From Candidatus Woesearchaeota archaeon (GTDB lineage: Archaea > Nanobdellota > Nanobdellia > Woesearchaeales > JACPBV01), in NCBI GenBank assembly GCA_016180165.1, contig JACPBU010000015.1, positions 1 through 24,947 of the forward strand: a stretch of 24,947 nt of DNA, written 5' to 3'. The notes below the pieces were generated by a model. It was given only the letters and a program-made list of their open reading frames with translations, was not told the DNA's origin and ran no database searches. Below, in pieces: positions 24,898 to 24,947 of the stretch. How positions within the stretch are numbered: position 1 is the first letter of the stretch; each line of letters begins with the position of its first letter. Position numbers and translations under genes: made by a program.

Positions 24898-24947
24898 ATG
24901 GAATTTAACAATGTAATTGGATTGGGTGTCCCGGAATTTCTCATTAC
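24898..24947 (+). CDS. 5' fragment of a gene (MEFNNVIGLGVPEFLI...), truncated by the window edge
   Basis: TATA aaaatttattaag about 25 nt upstream; GLGVPEFLI resembles TatA-type N-termini but is too short to call. Confidence 0.4.
   Translation, partial: MEFNNVIGLGVPEFLI

Noticed and set aside
1-24947. CRISPR array, rRNA, or a Leu-rich leader before leuC/leuD
   Set aside because: No regularly spaced repeats or rRNA-like sequence; leuC and leuD have TATA boxes close to their ATGs with no uORF.

Overview
Archaeal chromosomal window. BRE/TATA promoters, leaderless starts, an intron-containing tRNA without encoded CCA and conserved small membrane proteins suggest a DPANN, Woesearchaeota-like host (inference). 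GC-richer housekeeping genes (leuD, leuC, cysE, cysS, tRNA-Cys, RsmC-like methyltransferase, DoxX, flavodoxin-2 reductase) alternate with AT-richer orphan ORFs, two opposite-strand SAM methyltransferases, a hicB-hicA toxin-antitoxin pair, and a CbbQ/NorQ-type AAA+ ATPase coupled to a 1373-aa NorD/CbbO-like vWA protein. The best candidate for an undescribed system is an unannotated leaderless 10-codon ORF, MRSYESCCCC* (17627-17659), placed about 26 bp after a TATA box and directly upstream of tRNA-Cys(GCA), cysE and cysS. It may be an archaeal cysteine-sensing polycysteine attenuator. Other signals are a diverged leuC 3' remnant, several small duplication/deletion lesions (including loss of the HIECSAMS zinc-ligand motif in CysRS), IS200/IS605-type hairpins without a transposase, two families of intergenic repeats and a 12-bp-period repeat. 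All product calls come from motif recognition only; no searches were run.
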